Below are positions 34,151 to 46,672 of a DNA stretch of 64,000 bases, in pieces. This DNA is from Planktothrix sp. GU0601_MAG3 (GTDB taxonomy: Bacteria > Cyanobacteriota > Cyanobacteriia > Cyanobacteriales > Microcoleaceae): NCBI GenBank assembly GCA_035193785.1, contig CP136572.1, forward strand, positions 3,156,578 through 3,220,577, written 5' to 3'. Position 1 is the first letter of the stretch; every line of letters starts with the position of its first letter. The translations under genes were made by a program, and so were the position numbers. The notes under the pieces were generated by a model. The model was given only the letters and a program-made list of their open reading frames with translations, was not told where the DNA came from and ran no database searches.

Positions 34151-36308
34151 ATGTCCAGAGCTAAAAAAACAGAGCCAAAAATTACCAAAGACATTAATCT
34201 TCAAGATCCCCAATATTACTTGAGTCGGGAACTTAGTTGGTTAGAATTTAACCGTCGGGTCTTAGCAGAAGCTTTAGACACTCGAAATCCTCTGTTAGAA
34301 AGATTAAAATTTTTAGCTATTTTTAGTTCTAATTTAGACGAATTTTTTATGGTGCGAGTGGCTGGAATTAAACGCCAAATTGAAGCCCAAGTCAATAAAG
34401 TCACCGCCGATGGTCGCACTCCACAACAACAACTAAATGCAATCCATGAACGGTTGTTACCAATGGTTACGGAACAGCACCAATATTTTGAACAACAAAT
34501 TAAACCTGAATTAGCTAAAAATGGGATTCATTTATTAAATTATATTGATCTAAATCAAGAACAAAGAACTTATTTAAAAAGTTATTTTGACGAGGGAATT
34601 TTTCCGGTTTTAACTCCCTTAGCCATTGACCGTAGCCATCCCTTTCCCTATTTATCTAATTTGAGTTTGAATTTAGCCGTTGTTCTCATCAATCCTGAAA
34701 CCAAAGAAGAATTATTTGCCAGGGTGAAAGTACCAAGTTCTTTACCTAGATTTATTTCCTTACCCAAGGAATTAAGAGTACAAGAAAATGGGGAATTTTC
34801 CCCTTGGGTTGGTATTCCTATTGGTCAAGTCATTGCCCATAATTTAGAATCCCTATTCCCAGGAATGGATATTCAAGATTATTATATTTTTAGGATTACC
34901 CGTGATGCCGATTTAGCAGTTCAAGAAGATGAAGCGGATGATTTATTATTAGCGATTGAACAGGAAACTACGCAAACGTCGAGTTGGCGGGTCTGTTGTT
35001 CGTCTGGAAATTAATAGTTCAATCCCCGACTATTTACGCAATTTATTGGTAGATGAATTAGAGTTAGAACCGGAAGATATTTATACCGTAGATGGGTTGA
35101 TGGGGCTACGGGATTTAATGTCTTTTCTGAGTTTACCTTTACCCGAATTAAAAGATAAACCTTGGACTGCCGTTTTACCCCGTTGGATGAAAGATAGTGA
35201 AGATATTATTCCGTCTAATTCGGAAACAGATGAAAAAGATATTTTTGCCATCCTACGACAAAAAGATGTCTTAGTTCATCACCCCTACCATTCATTTTCT
35301 GCCACAGTTCAACAGTTTATTAATCAAGCAGCCCATGATCCTAATGTCTTAGCTATTAAAATGACATTATATCGCACTTCCGGGGATTCTCCGATTGTTA
35401 CTTCTTTAATTGATGCGGCGGAAAATGGCAAACAGGTGGCAGTTTTAGTGGAACTTAAAGCCCGATTTGATGAAGAAAATAATATTCAATGGGCAAAAAA
35501 ATTAGAACAAACGGGGGTTCATGTTGTTTATGGGTTAGTGGGTTTAAAAACCCATACAAAAATTGTCATGGTTGTGCGTCAGGAACAGGATAAAATTCGC
35601 CGTTATGTTCATATTGGCACGGGAAATTATAATCATAAAACGGCTAAACTGTATACGGATTTAGGGTTATTAAGTGCCTGTCCAGATTTAGGAGCAGATT
35701 TAACGGATTTATTCAATTTCTTAACCGGATATTCTCGTCAACAGTCCTATCGGAAACTGTTGGTTGCTCCGGTGAATATGCGCAAACGATTTTTAGGGTT
35801 AATTCGTCGGGAAATTGAACAGGCAAATCAAGGGAAAACCGGGCGAATTGTTGCTAAACTTAATTCCCTAGTTGACCCAGAAATTATTGCTACATTATAT
35901 GAGGCATCTCAAGCGGGAGTTGGGATTGATTTAATTGTGCGGGGAACCTGTAGTTTGCGTCCTGGTTTAGAGGGAATTAGTGATAATATTAAGGTGATTA
36001 GTATTATCGGACGATTCCTAGAACATTCTCGGATTTTCTATTTTTATAATGGCGGACAGGAGGAGGTTTATATTGGTTCGGCAGATTGGATGTCTCGCAA
36101 CTTAAATCGTCGGGTTGAAGCGGTAACTCCGATAAAAGATCCAGATATTGCTAAGGAGTTAGAAGAAATTTTAGGGATTATGTTATCGGATAATCGGAAA
36201 GCCTGGGATTTACAACCCGATGGTCAATATATTCAACGTCATCCGGCAGAAAATACCCCGGAATTAATCGCCCATGATATCTTCATGGAAAATGCTTTAA
36301 AGAGTTAA
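34151..36308 (+). CDS. ppk1: Polyphosphate kinase 1 (+1 frameshift at 34964-34968)
   Basis: RELSWLEFN, NLDEFFMVRVA, HHPY, ELKARFDEENN, GRFLEHSR. Confidence 0.96.
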
Positions 36309-36313
36309 AAAAT

Positions 36314-36763
36314 ATGAATTATTGGTTGATTAAATCAGAACCGGATGTGTATAGTATTGAGGATTTAAAACGCGATGGTACTTCGATTTGGGATGGGGTA
36401 AGAAATTATCAAGCCCGCAATTTTCTCCAAGAAATGCAAGTCGGAGATTTGGCTTTTTTTTATCATTCTAATACTAAACCTCCGGGGATTGTCGGATTAG
36501 CTAAAATTATTGAAAACAACCAAATTGACCTAACCCAATTTGATGTTAACAGTCCCTATTTTGATCCGAAATCAACACCAAATTCTCCCCGATGGTATAC
36601 GGTTAAGGTTGAATTTGTGGAACAATTTTCTGCTATGATTAGTTTAGATAGTCTCAAACAAACCTTTGATTCTGAGGAATTTGGCGTTGTTAAACGGGGA
36701 AATCGTTTATCTGTTATGCCTGTTTCGCTATCGGTTGCCGAGGGAATTTTAAGGTTGAAATAA
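36314..36763 (+). CDS. EVE domain protein
   Basis: YWLIKSEP, WDGVRNYQARN and RLSVMPV motifs. Confidence 0.92.
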   Translation: MNYWLIKSEPDVYSIEDLKRDGTSIWDGVRNYQARNFLQEMQVGDLAFFYHSNTKPPGIVGLAKIIENNQIDLTQFDVNSPYFDPKSTPNSPRWYTVKVEFVEQFSAMISLDSLKQTFDSEEFGVVKRGNRLSVMPVSLSVAEGILRLK

Positions 36764-36766
36764 TGA

Positions 36767-36842
36767 TCACGGATTTAAGAGGATTTCACGGATTTCACGG
36801 ATTTTAATTTGTGTTAATTGGCGTCATCCTCTTAAAATCGGT
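36767..36842. repeat. Single copy of the CACGGATTT palindromic element
   Basis: Reverse complement closely matches 20506-20580. Confidence 0.8.
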
Positions 36843-36961
36843 AATTACACTGTTTACTGATGACTGTTAACTGATGACTGATTATTTGGGGATTGCGGAA
36901 ATTTCCCAAAACGGTTACAATAATGTAGTATAGTAAAAATACACTATTAAATCTTGAGGCA

Positions 36962-39386
36962 TTGATTCAAACAGAAACCTTAGAACTATTGGAATGGCAA
37001 CGGTTATGTCGTCATTTATCCACCTTTACGGCGACAAAATTGGCTGCGGTGGCGGCGCAGCATTTACACATTCCCACGACCATTGACCAAACTCTGCAAC
37101 TATTAGCACAAACTCAAGAAGCCTACAAATTAGAACTGCGACAAAATGGTTTGAAATTTGAAGGTATTGAGGATATTAGCGTTTATTTGGAACGGGTAGA
37201 ACGCCATGGAATCTTATCAGGAAATGAACTATTAGCGATCGCCACAACCTTAGCAGGAGCGAGACAGTTACGGCGAGTTATTAATAATCATTCCGATATT
37301 CCGATTATAACAGAATTTGTCTCAGAATTAAGAACCTATCCCGAACTAGAGCAGGAAATTTATCGCTGTATTGATGAACGGGGAGATGTTGCGGATCGAG
37401 CTAGTGTTAAATTAGGGGGAATTAGGGGACAATTACGGAGTATTAGGGATCGGGTTTATGAGATTTTGCAACAGATTATTCAACGCAAATCTAACGCTGT
37501 TCAAGAACAGTTAATTACCCAAAGAAGCGATCGCTTTGTCATCCCAGTTAAAGCATCTCAAAAAGATGTAATTCCTGGGATTGTCCATGATAGCTCAACA
37601 ACGGGGGCGACCTTATATATTGAACCCAGAGCCACAATTGATCTTAATAATCAACTTCGACAAATTCAACGGCTAGAAAAAGCCGAAGAAGATATAATTT
37701 TACAGGGATTAAGTGAGAAAGTTGGGGCAGTTCAACCGGATTTAGAACGATTATTAATGATTGTAACAACCCTCGATTTAGCCGTGGCTAAAGCCCGTTA
37801 TAGTCTGTGGTTAGAAGCAAATCCCCCTCGCTTTATTGATTTAGAATCATCGGAAGATTCAACCTCAAATTCTATTAATTTAAGACAACTCCGCCATCCT
37901 TTATTAGTTTGGCAACAACAACATGAACAGGGATTTCCCGTTGTTCCCATTGATGTTGTCGTCCAGCCTAAAATTAGAGTTGTAGCGATTACCGGGCCGA
38001 ATACCGGAGGTAAAACCGTTACTTTAAAAACCCTGGGATTAGCGGCATTAATGGCAAAAGTTGGGTTATTTATTCCCGCTAGAGAACCCGTAGAAATACC
38101 TTGGTTTGATCAGGTTTTAGCTGATATTGGAGATGAACAATCCATTGAACAAAACCTATCAACTTTCTCCGGTCATATTCGTCGAATTAGCCGAATTTTA
38201 GCTGCAATTAATCCTCAATCAGAAACCAGTTATTCTAATTTAATTCTATTAGATGAAGTGGGCGCAGGAACCGATCCCACCGAAGGGAGTGCCTTGGCGA
38301 TCGCCTTATTACAATATTTAGCCGACCATGCTTTATTAACCATCGCAACCACTCACTTTGGAGAACTGAAATCCTTAAAATATGAAGATGAAAGATTTGA
38401 AAATGCCTCCGTTGAATTCGACGAACAATCCCTACAACCCACCTATAGATTATTATGGGGAATTCCTGGGCGTTTCTAATGCCTTAACCATTGCCAAACG
38501 TTTAGGATTAAACCCAGAAATTATAGAACAAGCTGCGGGTTATGTGGGGGAAAGTTCCGAGGAAGTTAACCAAGTAATTGCCGGGTTAGAAGCTCAACGT
38601 CGTCAACAGGAAACCAAAGCTCAAGCCGCAGGTCAATTATTAAAAGATACGGAACGTTTACATCAGGAATTAGCCCAAAAAGCAGCAGCATTAAAAGAAC
38701 GAGAACGGGAATTAAAACAAATTCAAGAAAAGGCAATTCAAGAAACATTAATTCAAGCTAAAGCTGAAATTGCAAAAGTGATTCGGCGTTTACAACAAGG
38801 GACACCAACGGGTCAAGATACCACCCAAGCAACGGAGGCTTTAAACCAAATTGCTGGGCAGTATTTACCCTCTAAAAAAGCTACCCCAAAACTCCCACCG
38901 GAGTTTACACCCAAGGTGGGTGATCGGATTAGAATACCCCGTTTTGGTCAAACCGCAGAAGTCTTGAACGAACCAACTCCAGAAGGTCAAATTACCGTCC
39001 GATTTGGGATGATGAAAATGACCGTTAGCTTAGGAGAAATTGAGTCTTTAGATGGTTTAAAACCTGTTATTCCTAAAGTTCCAGAACGGAAAAAAGAACC
39101 GATTCCGGCAAAAGAAATTAAACCCGAAAGAGCCATTGTTAGAACTTCTAACAATACCATTGATCTCAGGGGAAAACGCACCTCGGAAGCAGAAATTGAA
39201 CTAGATCGAATGTTAGGTCAAATTCATGATTTTGGGGCAATTTGGATTATTCATGGTAAAGGAACAGGACAACTAAGAAAGGGAGTTCATGAATTTTTAG
39301 AAACCCATCCTTTAGTAGAGCGTTTTGAATTAGCCCCCCCCAATGATGGCGGAATTGGTGTTACAATTGCTTATTTAAGGAATTAA
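36962..39386 (+). CDS. mutS2: Endonuclease MutS2 (+1 frameshift at 38472-38476)
   Basis: ITGPNTGGKT, LSTFSGH, DEVGAGTDP, C-terminal Smr domain IIHGKGTG. Confidence 0.95.
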
Positions 39387-39397
39387 TAGGAATTAGC

Positions 39398-39435
39398 TCA
39401 AAGTCCCCCTTTTTAATGGGGATTTAGGGGGATCT
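39398..39435. repeat. REP-like element AAGTCCCCCTT...GGGGATTTAGGGGGATC
   Basis: Same family as the three copies at 42786-42940. Confidence 0.8.
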
Positions 39436-39462
39436 CCTCGGATATAATAGGAAATCTTTAAA

Positions 39463-40020
39463 ATGCTGAATTCAGATTCTAGTAATGATCAAAAATATAA
39501 TCCAAATATATATGATTTAGAACCGGAACCTAAACCCGAACAATGGGGAAAAATTACGGTTCAAATTCAGGTATTATTACTGGCAATTGAAGCTTTAACC
39601 GGAATTGCTTTAGAAACAATTTTACAGGTAGGAAATCTGTTAAAATTAGAGCCTAATATTACCGATAGGATTGAATTATTGCAAAAAAAATCAGCAGAAA
39701 ATCCCCTATCCCTTGAAGAAATGCGATCGCTGGTGCCAATTATTTGTTATATTGCTCAACAGGATCAAATTTTAATTCGCCGAGCCTTGGGGTTAGTTGA
39801 ACAAATGGCACAGCAAAAAACCGATTTTCGTCAAGTTACCTTGCTGCGGGAATATTTGGATACATTTAACGAAAGTTATCAACAGTGGATGACCCAACAT
39901 CCTCAAACCCCCCTAGACCTTGATACCCTAGCGATTAAATTATTAATCGACTTATTATTTTATAGTAAACCCAATAGCCATCAACAATTATGGTTAACAT
40001 TAATTGAGTCCCCAGTCTAG
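39463..40020 (+). CDS. DUF3038-like cyanobacterial protein
   Basis: LLLAIEAL and KLLIDLLFYS motifs; usual neighbour of DUF4335. Confidence 0.75.
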   Translation: MLNSDSSNDQKYNPNIYDLEPEPKPEQWGKITVQIQVLLLAIEALTGIALETILQVGNLLKLEPNITDRIELLQKKSAENPLSLEEMRSLVPIICYIAQQDQILIRRALGLVEQMAQQKTDFRQVTLLREYLDTFNESYQQWMTQHPQTPLDLDTLAIKLLIDLLFYSKPNSHQQLWLTLIESPV

Positions 40021-40044
40021 TCCATTGTTAACGGTTTCACCATT

Positions 40045-41515
40045 ATGATGATTATTCGACGCTATACCCCCCCAACTTGTACCTTAGAAGTCCAGGCGAA
40101 ACGTCCTTTCATCTCTCGCCCGAAACAACAACCGATTTTAGAACAGTTTAAATTTAAACTTTGCTTTGATGATCCCCGTTTACCCGATGCCGATCATATT
40201 ACCATTGAAGGCGATCGCACCCAACTAGAAACCCTCTCTCAAGTCATCAAAAATTATATTCAAAAATTTCTTAATTTTGCCCAAATATCAACCCGTGAAC
40301 CCGCCACAGTTTCCCTCAAATCTTCCACGGAAAATACCCCATCATTTGTTCTTTTTGACGAAACCAACTCAGAAATTAAAATTAAACCCGATGGCTTATT
40401 ATACCATGATTTATTCTTAGGAAACCTCTCTAAAAACCCCACTAACTTATTTATTCATCTCAGCGTTTTACAACTATTTGATCTCTCGGCTGCTTTAGAA
40501 GAATATATCACAGAATCCCAAAATCTATCCAATCTAAAATCCCTAGAAAAAACCACCCCCGAATGGTTAAAAACAATTTTATTTATTATTATTTCTACTG
40601 GCTGTTTAACTGGGACAATTAAACTAATAAATCTCTATCGACAACCCCAAACTCAAACCGCCACCCAACCCTCAGAAACCGTTAAAATTCCGCCCCCAAA
40701 TCTGGTTTCCCTTACCCCCGCCACCCAAGTTAGCACCCCTTCCCGTCCCGTCTGCACCCCCGATTCAGATTAAAGTCGCTCCCAATTTACCCCCCGTCAA
40801 TACCGCCCCCCTTCCCATTCCCGCCCCTCTGTTTCCCAACCCGACAAACCCCCAAGCCATACCAGACCTGCAACCTGGCTCCGGGGAGTTCATGATTATT
40901 CCCCAGGACTCTCCGGTCATAGATGGGTCTGTACCCCCCGCCCCACAGCCCTTAGCAGCACCCGTACCCCCGCCCCCACCTCGCCTAGCCGTGGCTCCCA
41001 CCCAAGCACCGCCCCCCTCTCCGCCCGTAATTTTTGCACCCCAAACTATTCAATTACCCACCTTAAAAAATGAAGCCCAACCTATTATTTTAAACGTACC
41101 TTCTGCGGAAAATCCCTCAAATTCTTCGCCAGAAAATTCCGACCCAGATAAACAGAATTATTTGGCTCAACTGAATAAACGCCCCCCCACAATTGCCGCC
41201 ACTCGTCAACAGGATACCACCCTATTTGATCAAATTCCGCAAGTGAATGAAGTCAGAAACTATTTTCAAAAAATCTGGTATCCGCCCAAAAATTTAAAAC
41301 GCACCTTACAATACAGTTTAAAACTCAATTCGGATGGTTCTTTACAGAGTGTTACGCCCGTGGGTCTACCTGCGGTTAATCGTCAAAAACAACTGGATTT
41401 ACCAGAAATTGGGAAACCTTTTGTTTCTCCCTTAGAGTCAGGAAAAACCCCTAAAATTCGTGTGATTTTACAACCGGATGGGAGTGTTCAAGCGTTTTTA
41501 GAATCGTTGAATTAG
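40045..41515 (+). CDS. DUF4335-like membrane-anchored Pro-rich protein (+1 frameshift near 40705)
   Basis: RRYTPPTCTLE, LQLFDL, TM, Pro-rich linker, C-terminal IPQVNEVRNYF. Confidence 0.78.
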
Positions 41516-41520
41516 GGTTT

Positions 41521-41973
41521 TTATAGCGGTGTTTCCCAAAATTTCCCCGTTAATAAAATCTCTACATCCTGGGGAAACGGACAAATATCAGGAAATTCTG
41601 CATCATATTCAACCTGCATATTTCCCAAAGATTCCTGATAACAATCGAGATAAATTTCTGGTAAATAACTTCTCAAACTAGGAGAATCCCTTAGCTGTTT
41701 TTTAATATCCTGTTGCGTTCGATAAATCGTTACTTCCCAACCTCGAAAACAATCGGGTAACGGAACATAACACCGTTTTAAAGCGTGTTCAAATAATGTG
41801 GTTAACCGACTTTCTAATTCTCGTTTATCCCGCTTTCCCAAAGATTCGATTTCCTCAATTAAATTGTCCCAATCTAAATTTTCAATATTTCGAGATTTTA
41901 ACTGATTAACCGTCTCTGCAATCCAGAGTGCAAAATCAATATCATAAAGTGTTTTTAACGAAGTTTGGGTCAT
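41521..41973 (-). CDS. DUF29 family protein
   Basis: LYDIDFALW, LDWDNLIEEIESLG and DSPSLR motifs. Confidence 0.9.
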   Translation of the reverse strand: MTQTSLKTLYDIDFALWIAETVNQLKSRNIENLDWDNLIEEIESLGKRDKRELESRLTTLFEHALKRCYVPLPDCFRGWEVTIYRTQQDIKKQLRDSPSLRSYLPEIYLDCYQESLGNMQVEYDAEFPDICPFPQDVEILLTGKFWETPL

Positions 41974-42188
41974 AATTATAACCTACATTTTATCAAGATT
42001 TTATTTTAACGCAGTTGAAAGGCGATCGCCCCTGATGTCGCCCAAGAAATTATGACCCGTGATAGTCGCCGTTGGAGTGACTTGTTGAAAGCTACAGATT
42101 AGCGGTTAGGATTGGATATCACTATCATAATTTTTTTGCTAATATAATAGTTTGTGATTAAAAACAGTTCATACTGCGGAGGTAAAGC

Positions 42189-42761
42189 ATGGCGGTTTTA
42201 CAGTTAGAAGACGGAACAACTTACACCGAATTAGATGAAATTCAGCGAGAATTAGCCAGTCTGAATATTCATTTAAACCATTGGTCTGTCGGTACAGATC
42301 CAGAATTGATTAAATTATTGAATCAACCCGGATTAAACGATAACGAAAAAGCAGAAGTTTTGCAAGGACTAGATCAATATTTTGAAGAATTAAAACAAAC
42401 CGCAGGTTATCAGTCCCGGGATTTAATTGTTCTTAATCCTGATACCCCTAACTTAGAAACATTACTAGCAAAATTTGAACAGTGTCATATTCATGCTGAT
42501 AATGAAGTTCGTTATATTGTTGATGGGGAAGGAGTATTTGGCTTTATTCGTCCCGATGGTAGTCAAGTGGAATTAACCGTTGAAGCTGAAGAATATATTA
42601 ACGTTCCTGCTCATACAGAACATTGGTTTTATTTAACAGAAACTCGACGGATTAAAGCAATTCGTTATTTCACCACTACCGAGGGTTGGACTCCCGAATA
42701 TACGAATACTGAAATTAGGATTTTTTCCAGAAGACCGAAAAAAACCTTAGCTTTGAATTAG
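42189..42761 (+). CDS. mtnD: Acireductone dioxygenase (cupin)
   Basis: HIHADNEVRYIVDG.G.F and VPAHTEHWF metal-binding motifs. Confidence 0.9.
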   Translation: MAVLQLEDGTTYTELDEIQRELASLNIHLNHWSVGTDPELIKLLNQPGLNDNEKAEVLQGLDQYFEELKQTAGYQSRDLIVLNPDTPNLETLLAKFEQCHIHADNEVRYIVDGEGVFGFIRPDGSQVELTVEAEEYINVPAHTEHWFYLTETRRIKAIRYFTTTEGWTPEYTNTEIRIFSRRPKKTLALN

Positions 42762-42785
42762 TTTTCAATGCTTTTATAACGTACT

Positions 42786-42940
42786 AGATCCCCCCTAAAC
42801 CCCCTTAAAAAAGGGGGAATAGAGTCAATATTTCCCTGATTCAAAGTCCCCCTTACTTATTAAGGAGGATTTAGGGGGATCAATCTTCAATATTTATAAA
42901 TTCAAAGTCCCCCTTATTAAGGGGGATTTAGGGGGATCAA
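42786..42940. repeat. Three REP-like CCCCCTT..AAGGGGG..TTAGGGGGATC copies (one inverted, two direct)
   Basis: Seen directly between mtnD and mtnW. Confidence 0.85.
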
Positions 42941-43002
42941 TCTTGAGGTTAAAACTCATATTTTTTGAGTTATATTGTTCATTATTACTAGAATAAAAAA
43001 CC

Positions 43003-44163
43003 ATGACCATTGAAGTTGATTATCGTTTTCCTCCTAATATTGATGCGTTGCGTCAGGCGAAAGTAATTGCTATCGGACAAACCGCAGGAACTTGGGACGA
43101 AAGATTTAGCCATCGGGAAGATAATTTGCGATCGCATTTAGCCGAAGTTGTTAATATCAAAACCGACGAACAAGGTTATAATATTGCAACGGTTAGATTT
43201 CCAGAAATTAACGTTGAAAATGATATTGCTAGTTTACTAACGATGATTTTTGGTAAATATTCAATGGCCGGAGTCGGTAAAATAGTTGCGGTTAGATTAG
43301 ATAAAAATTATGGTCGGGTTGCAAAATTTGGCATATCAGGAATTCGTCAACAATTACAAGTCTTTGACCGTCCTTTAATTATGGCAATCTTTAAACCCGC
43401 TTTAGGACTATCAGCCCAGGATCATGCTACAATTTTACAAGAAGTGGCAACGGCTGGATTAGATATTATTAAAGATGATGAAATTATGGGGGATTTAAAC
43501 ACCGCCCCCACCCTAGAAAGGTTAAGAGCTTGTCGTCCAATTTTAGACCAAATTAAACAAGAAACCGGGCGCACCGTTTTGTATGCTATTAATGTTACTG
43601 GAAACGCCCAAACCCTATTAGAAAAAGCCCGAATGCTGGTGAAAGAAGGAGCGAATGCCCTATTATTAAATGTTCTTACCTACGGTTTTTCGGTCTTAGA
43701 AGCCCTCGCCACCGATCCAGAAATAAATGTTCCCATTTTTGCCCATCCTGCCTTGGCGGGGGCGTTATGTGCCTCTGGTGATACGGGTTTTTCCTATTCT
43801 GTGATTTTGGGAACCTTCATGGCCCACGCCGGGGCGGATGCGGTCTTATATCCCGCCCACTATGGCAGTTTACCCTTTGATCCGGGGGAAGAAAAACGGA
43901 TTTGTGAGCAGTTGCGATCGCGGAATGTTTTCCCCGTACCCTCGGCGGGAATTCACCCCGGAATTGTCCCCAAGGCCCTATCGGACTATGGAAATGATGT
44001 AATTTTGAATGCGGGGACGGGGATTATGGAGCATCCAAATGGCCCTGGAGCGGGGGTTAATGCCTTCTTCCAAGCCCTCGACTGGTATCAACGGGGTCTA
44101 CCCTTTGATGTTAACAAAATGCCCCCTGGCGCTCTGAGACAAGCGATGGAAAAATGGGCATGA
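43003..44163 (+). CDS. mtnW: RuBisCO-like protein (form IV), DK-MTP-1-P enolase
   Basis: IAIGQTAGTW, FGKYSM, FKPALGL, IIKDDE, AHPA, SAGIHPG; lies between mtnD and mtnB. Confidence 0.92.
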   Translation: MTIEVDYRFPPNIDALRQAKVIAIGQTAGTWDERFSHREDNLRSHLAEVVNIKTDEQGYNIATVRFPEINVENDIASLLTMIFGKYSMAGVGKIVAVRLDKNYGRVAKFGISGIRQQLQVFDRPLIMAIFKPALGLSAQDHATILQEVATAGLDIIKDDEIMGDLNTAPTLERLRACRPILDQIKQETGRTVLYAINVTGNAQTLLEKARMLVKEGANALLLNVLTYGFSVLEALATDPEINVPIFAHPALAGALCASGDTGFSYSVILGTFMAHAGADAVLYPAHYGSLPFDPGEEKRICEQLRSRNVFPVPSAGIHPGIVPKALSDYGNDVILNAGTGIMEHPNGPGAGVNAFFQALDWYQRGLPFDVNKMPPGALRQAMEKWA

Positions 44164-44216
44164 ATTCGTAATTCCCAATTCCCAATTCGTAATTCGTAAT
44201 TCCTAATTCGTAATTC
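44163..44216. repeat. STRR (AATTCGT/AATTCCC)n filling the mtnW-mtnB spacer
   Basis: Tandem 7-mers seen directly. Confidence 0.85.
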
Positions 44217-44219
44217 ACC

Positions 44220-44849
44220 ATGAACACCGATCCTCGTCAATCTTTAATTCATGCTTCCCGTCAATTTTATCAACTGGGTTGGATGGCAGGCACGGCTGGA
44301 AATCTTTCGGCTAAAATGCCCGATAATAGTTTTTGGATTACTGCTAGTGGTAAACAAAAAGGTAAATTAGTTACCGAGGATTTTGTGAGAATTTCTCTAA
44401 ATGGGGAAATATTAGAAAATCCCGATCCTAATAATAAACCTTCGGCGGAAACCAGTATTCATCAAGCCATATATTCTTTGTTTCCCGAGGCAAATTCCTG
44501 TTATCACGTTCATTCCGTCGAAGCCAAATTAGTCTCAAATTTTATTGATAATGAAAAACTGCCTTTACCGCCCATTGAGATGTTAAAAGGGTTGGGAATT
44601 TGGGAAGAAAATCCTAAAGTTTATCTGCCTGTTTTTAAGAATCATTTAGAAGTTCCTCGAATTTCTGAAGATATTATTCAACGGTTTAAACAGAGTTTTC
44701 CTGATGTTCCAGCGTTGTTAATTAGAAATCATGGGGTAACGGTTTGGGCAGATTCTCCAGAATCGGCAGAAAACCATATTGAATTAGTAGAATATATTTT
44801 CCGTTATATTGTGGCGGCTCGTCAAGCGGGATTGAATATTCAACATTAA
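44220..44849 (+). CDS. mtnB: Methylthioribulose-1-phosphate dehydratase
   Basis: GWMAGTAGNLS, ITASG, PSAET..H, HVHS, IRNHG. Confidence 0.93.
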   Translation: MNTDPRQSLIHASRQFYQLGWMAGTAGNLSAKMPDNSFWITASGKQKGKLVTEDFVRISLNGEILENPDPNNKPSAETSIHQAIYSLFPEANSCYHVHSVEAKLVSNFIDNEKLPLPPIEMLKGLGIWEENPKVYLPVFKNHLEVPRISEDIIQRFKQSFPDVPALLIRNHGVTVWADSPESAENHIELVEYIFRYIVAARQAGLNIQH

Positions 44850-44857
44850 AAAATTTT

Positions 44858-44880
44858 GGGCGAGAAGACCTCGCCCCTAC
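44858..44880. repeat. REP-like hairpin GGGCGAG-AAGAC-CTCGCCCCTAC between convergent genes
   Basis: 7-bp stem with GTAG foot on the minus strand. Confidence 0.6.
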
Positions 44881-44897
44881 AAAGCTGTTACAAACGA

Positions 44898-45870
44898 TCA
44901 ATCAATATTAATCGTTTGTAACCCTTCATTAACAGTAATAACAATTTTGCCAACGGTGCGCCCCATCTCGCTATAGGTATGGGCTTGCGCTAGATCATTT
45001 AAGGGATAAGTCCGATCAATTACCGTTTGAATTTTGCCCGCTTCAATTAAATCTCGCAGGGCATCTAAATCTCGACGACTGGGTTGAGCTAAGACTAATT
45101 TTGATTTTTTACTCGAAAATAATAAGGTTTGTAATGTCGCTCCCATATTATCAATTGTGGGCAAAGTTGAGATATAAATTCCATCGGATTGTAGAATCTT
45201 TTCGCAATTAAAAAAGGACTGTTTCCCCACCGCATCAAAAATAATATCGTATTGGATGTCCTGTTGGGTAAAATCTTCTTGAGTGTAATCAATCACAGTA
45301 TGGGCTCCCAAACGTTTGACAATATCAACATTAGAAGTCCCACAAACCCCCGTGACCTCGGCATCTAGGGCTACAGCAATTTGCACCGCAAAGGTTTCCC
45401 ACCCCGCCGGACGCCCCATTAATCAAAACCCGCTGTCCGGGTCGCAGTTGACCTAAATCTAATAACCCCTGTAACGCCGTCAATCCGGCTATTGGAACCG
45501 TTGCAGCCTCCGCGTAGGTCATATTTTGAGGTTTATAGGTCAAATTATCGGCAGGCACAGCCACATACTCGGCATAGGCCCCTCCCAATAAAGGGTTAAC
45601 GAAGCCATAAACCTGATCTCCCACCCGCAAGCGCTTCGCCAATGAGCCAACCTCCACCACTTCCCCGGATAAATCCGAGCCTAAAACTTTAGGGAAATTG
45701 TAACCAGATAGGGGTTGTAATAATCCCTGCCTAATTTTCCAGTCCACAGGATTAACGCTACTAGCATGAATTTTGACTAAAACTTGATCGGGTTTAATTG
45801 TTGGGGTCGGAATATCTTCATAACGGAGAACATCGGGCGACCCATATTGATGAATAACAATTGCTTTCAT
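44898..45870 (-). CDS. NADPH:quinone oxidoreductase-like MDR family protein (+1 frameshift at 45394-45398)
   Basis: SVNPVDWK, GAYAEY, INGASGGVGTFAVQ after correction, GKIVI. Confidence 0.9.
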
Positions 45871-46244
45871 AACTCATTAATTAGGGAAGGAACATCTGTC
45901 AGCTTAACACAAATTCCTAGAACTGGGGATGAGTAGAGCCAGTCTAAATCCGTTCTACAAAATAAGATTGTTGAAAGTAGGGAATGGGGGATGGGTAATG
46001 GGCAACAAGGGAAGTTTTAATCCTGATCATCATAGAGTTGATCATGTTAAATCCGTTTTGATTGTTGTAATTCCTATTCTCGATTAAAACAGGCTATTTT
46101 GGGGCTTTAGTTTAACACAATCAGGCAAACTCAAGTAGACAAAAAATAAAGTTTTTACTGAATTAAGCGTTGTAAATCTGATAATTTTTTACTATGATGG
46201 AATTGTAGAAAAAAACTTAGGCAAACCCCATCAATTCAATTTTT

Positions 46245-46512
46245 ATGGATATTCAGTTAATCAATATTGGTTTTGGTAATATTGTCTCTGCTAATCGGGT
46301 GATTGCCATTGTCAGTCCTGAATCTGCTCCGATTAAGCGCATAATTAATGATGCCCGGGAGCGGGGACAGTTAGTTGATGCTACCTATGGACGCAGAAAC
46401 TAGGGCGGTGATTATCACGGATTCTAGCCATGTTATTCTCTCAGCAATTCAGCCAGAAACCGTTGCTCATCGTTTCGTAATGACAAAAGATGGTAATTCC
46501 CGGGATGATTAA
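46245..46512 (+). CDS. remA: RemA/DUF370 regulator (+1 frameshift at 46396-46400; not in ORF track)
   Basis: [32 protein letters not shown]...DATYGRRTRAVII..SAIQPET; upstream of gmk. Confidence 0.9.
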
Positions 46513-46672
46513 GGAATTTGGTATTTATTACCCCCTGGTTTCCATTGGCATACCTACCATGAGAAGATAGAAATATTCCGGTTCAATTCCTTGAATCCAT
46601 CAACAGGTTCAAGAGAAAACCAAAGGGTTCTCCATTACTTTGTTTTAACCGTCTAACCTGATTAAAAATGCC

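Noticed and set aside
35651..36600. GTATAC sites in ppk1 and the EVE gene as further insertions
   Set aside because: Both are in frame within sensible protein sequence (KLYTDL, RWYTVK), so they are native.
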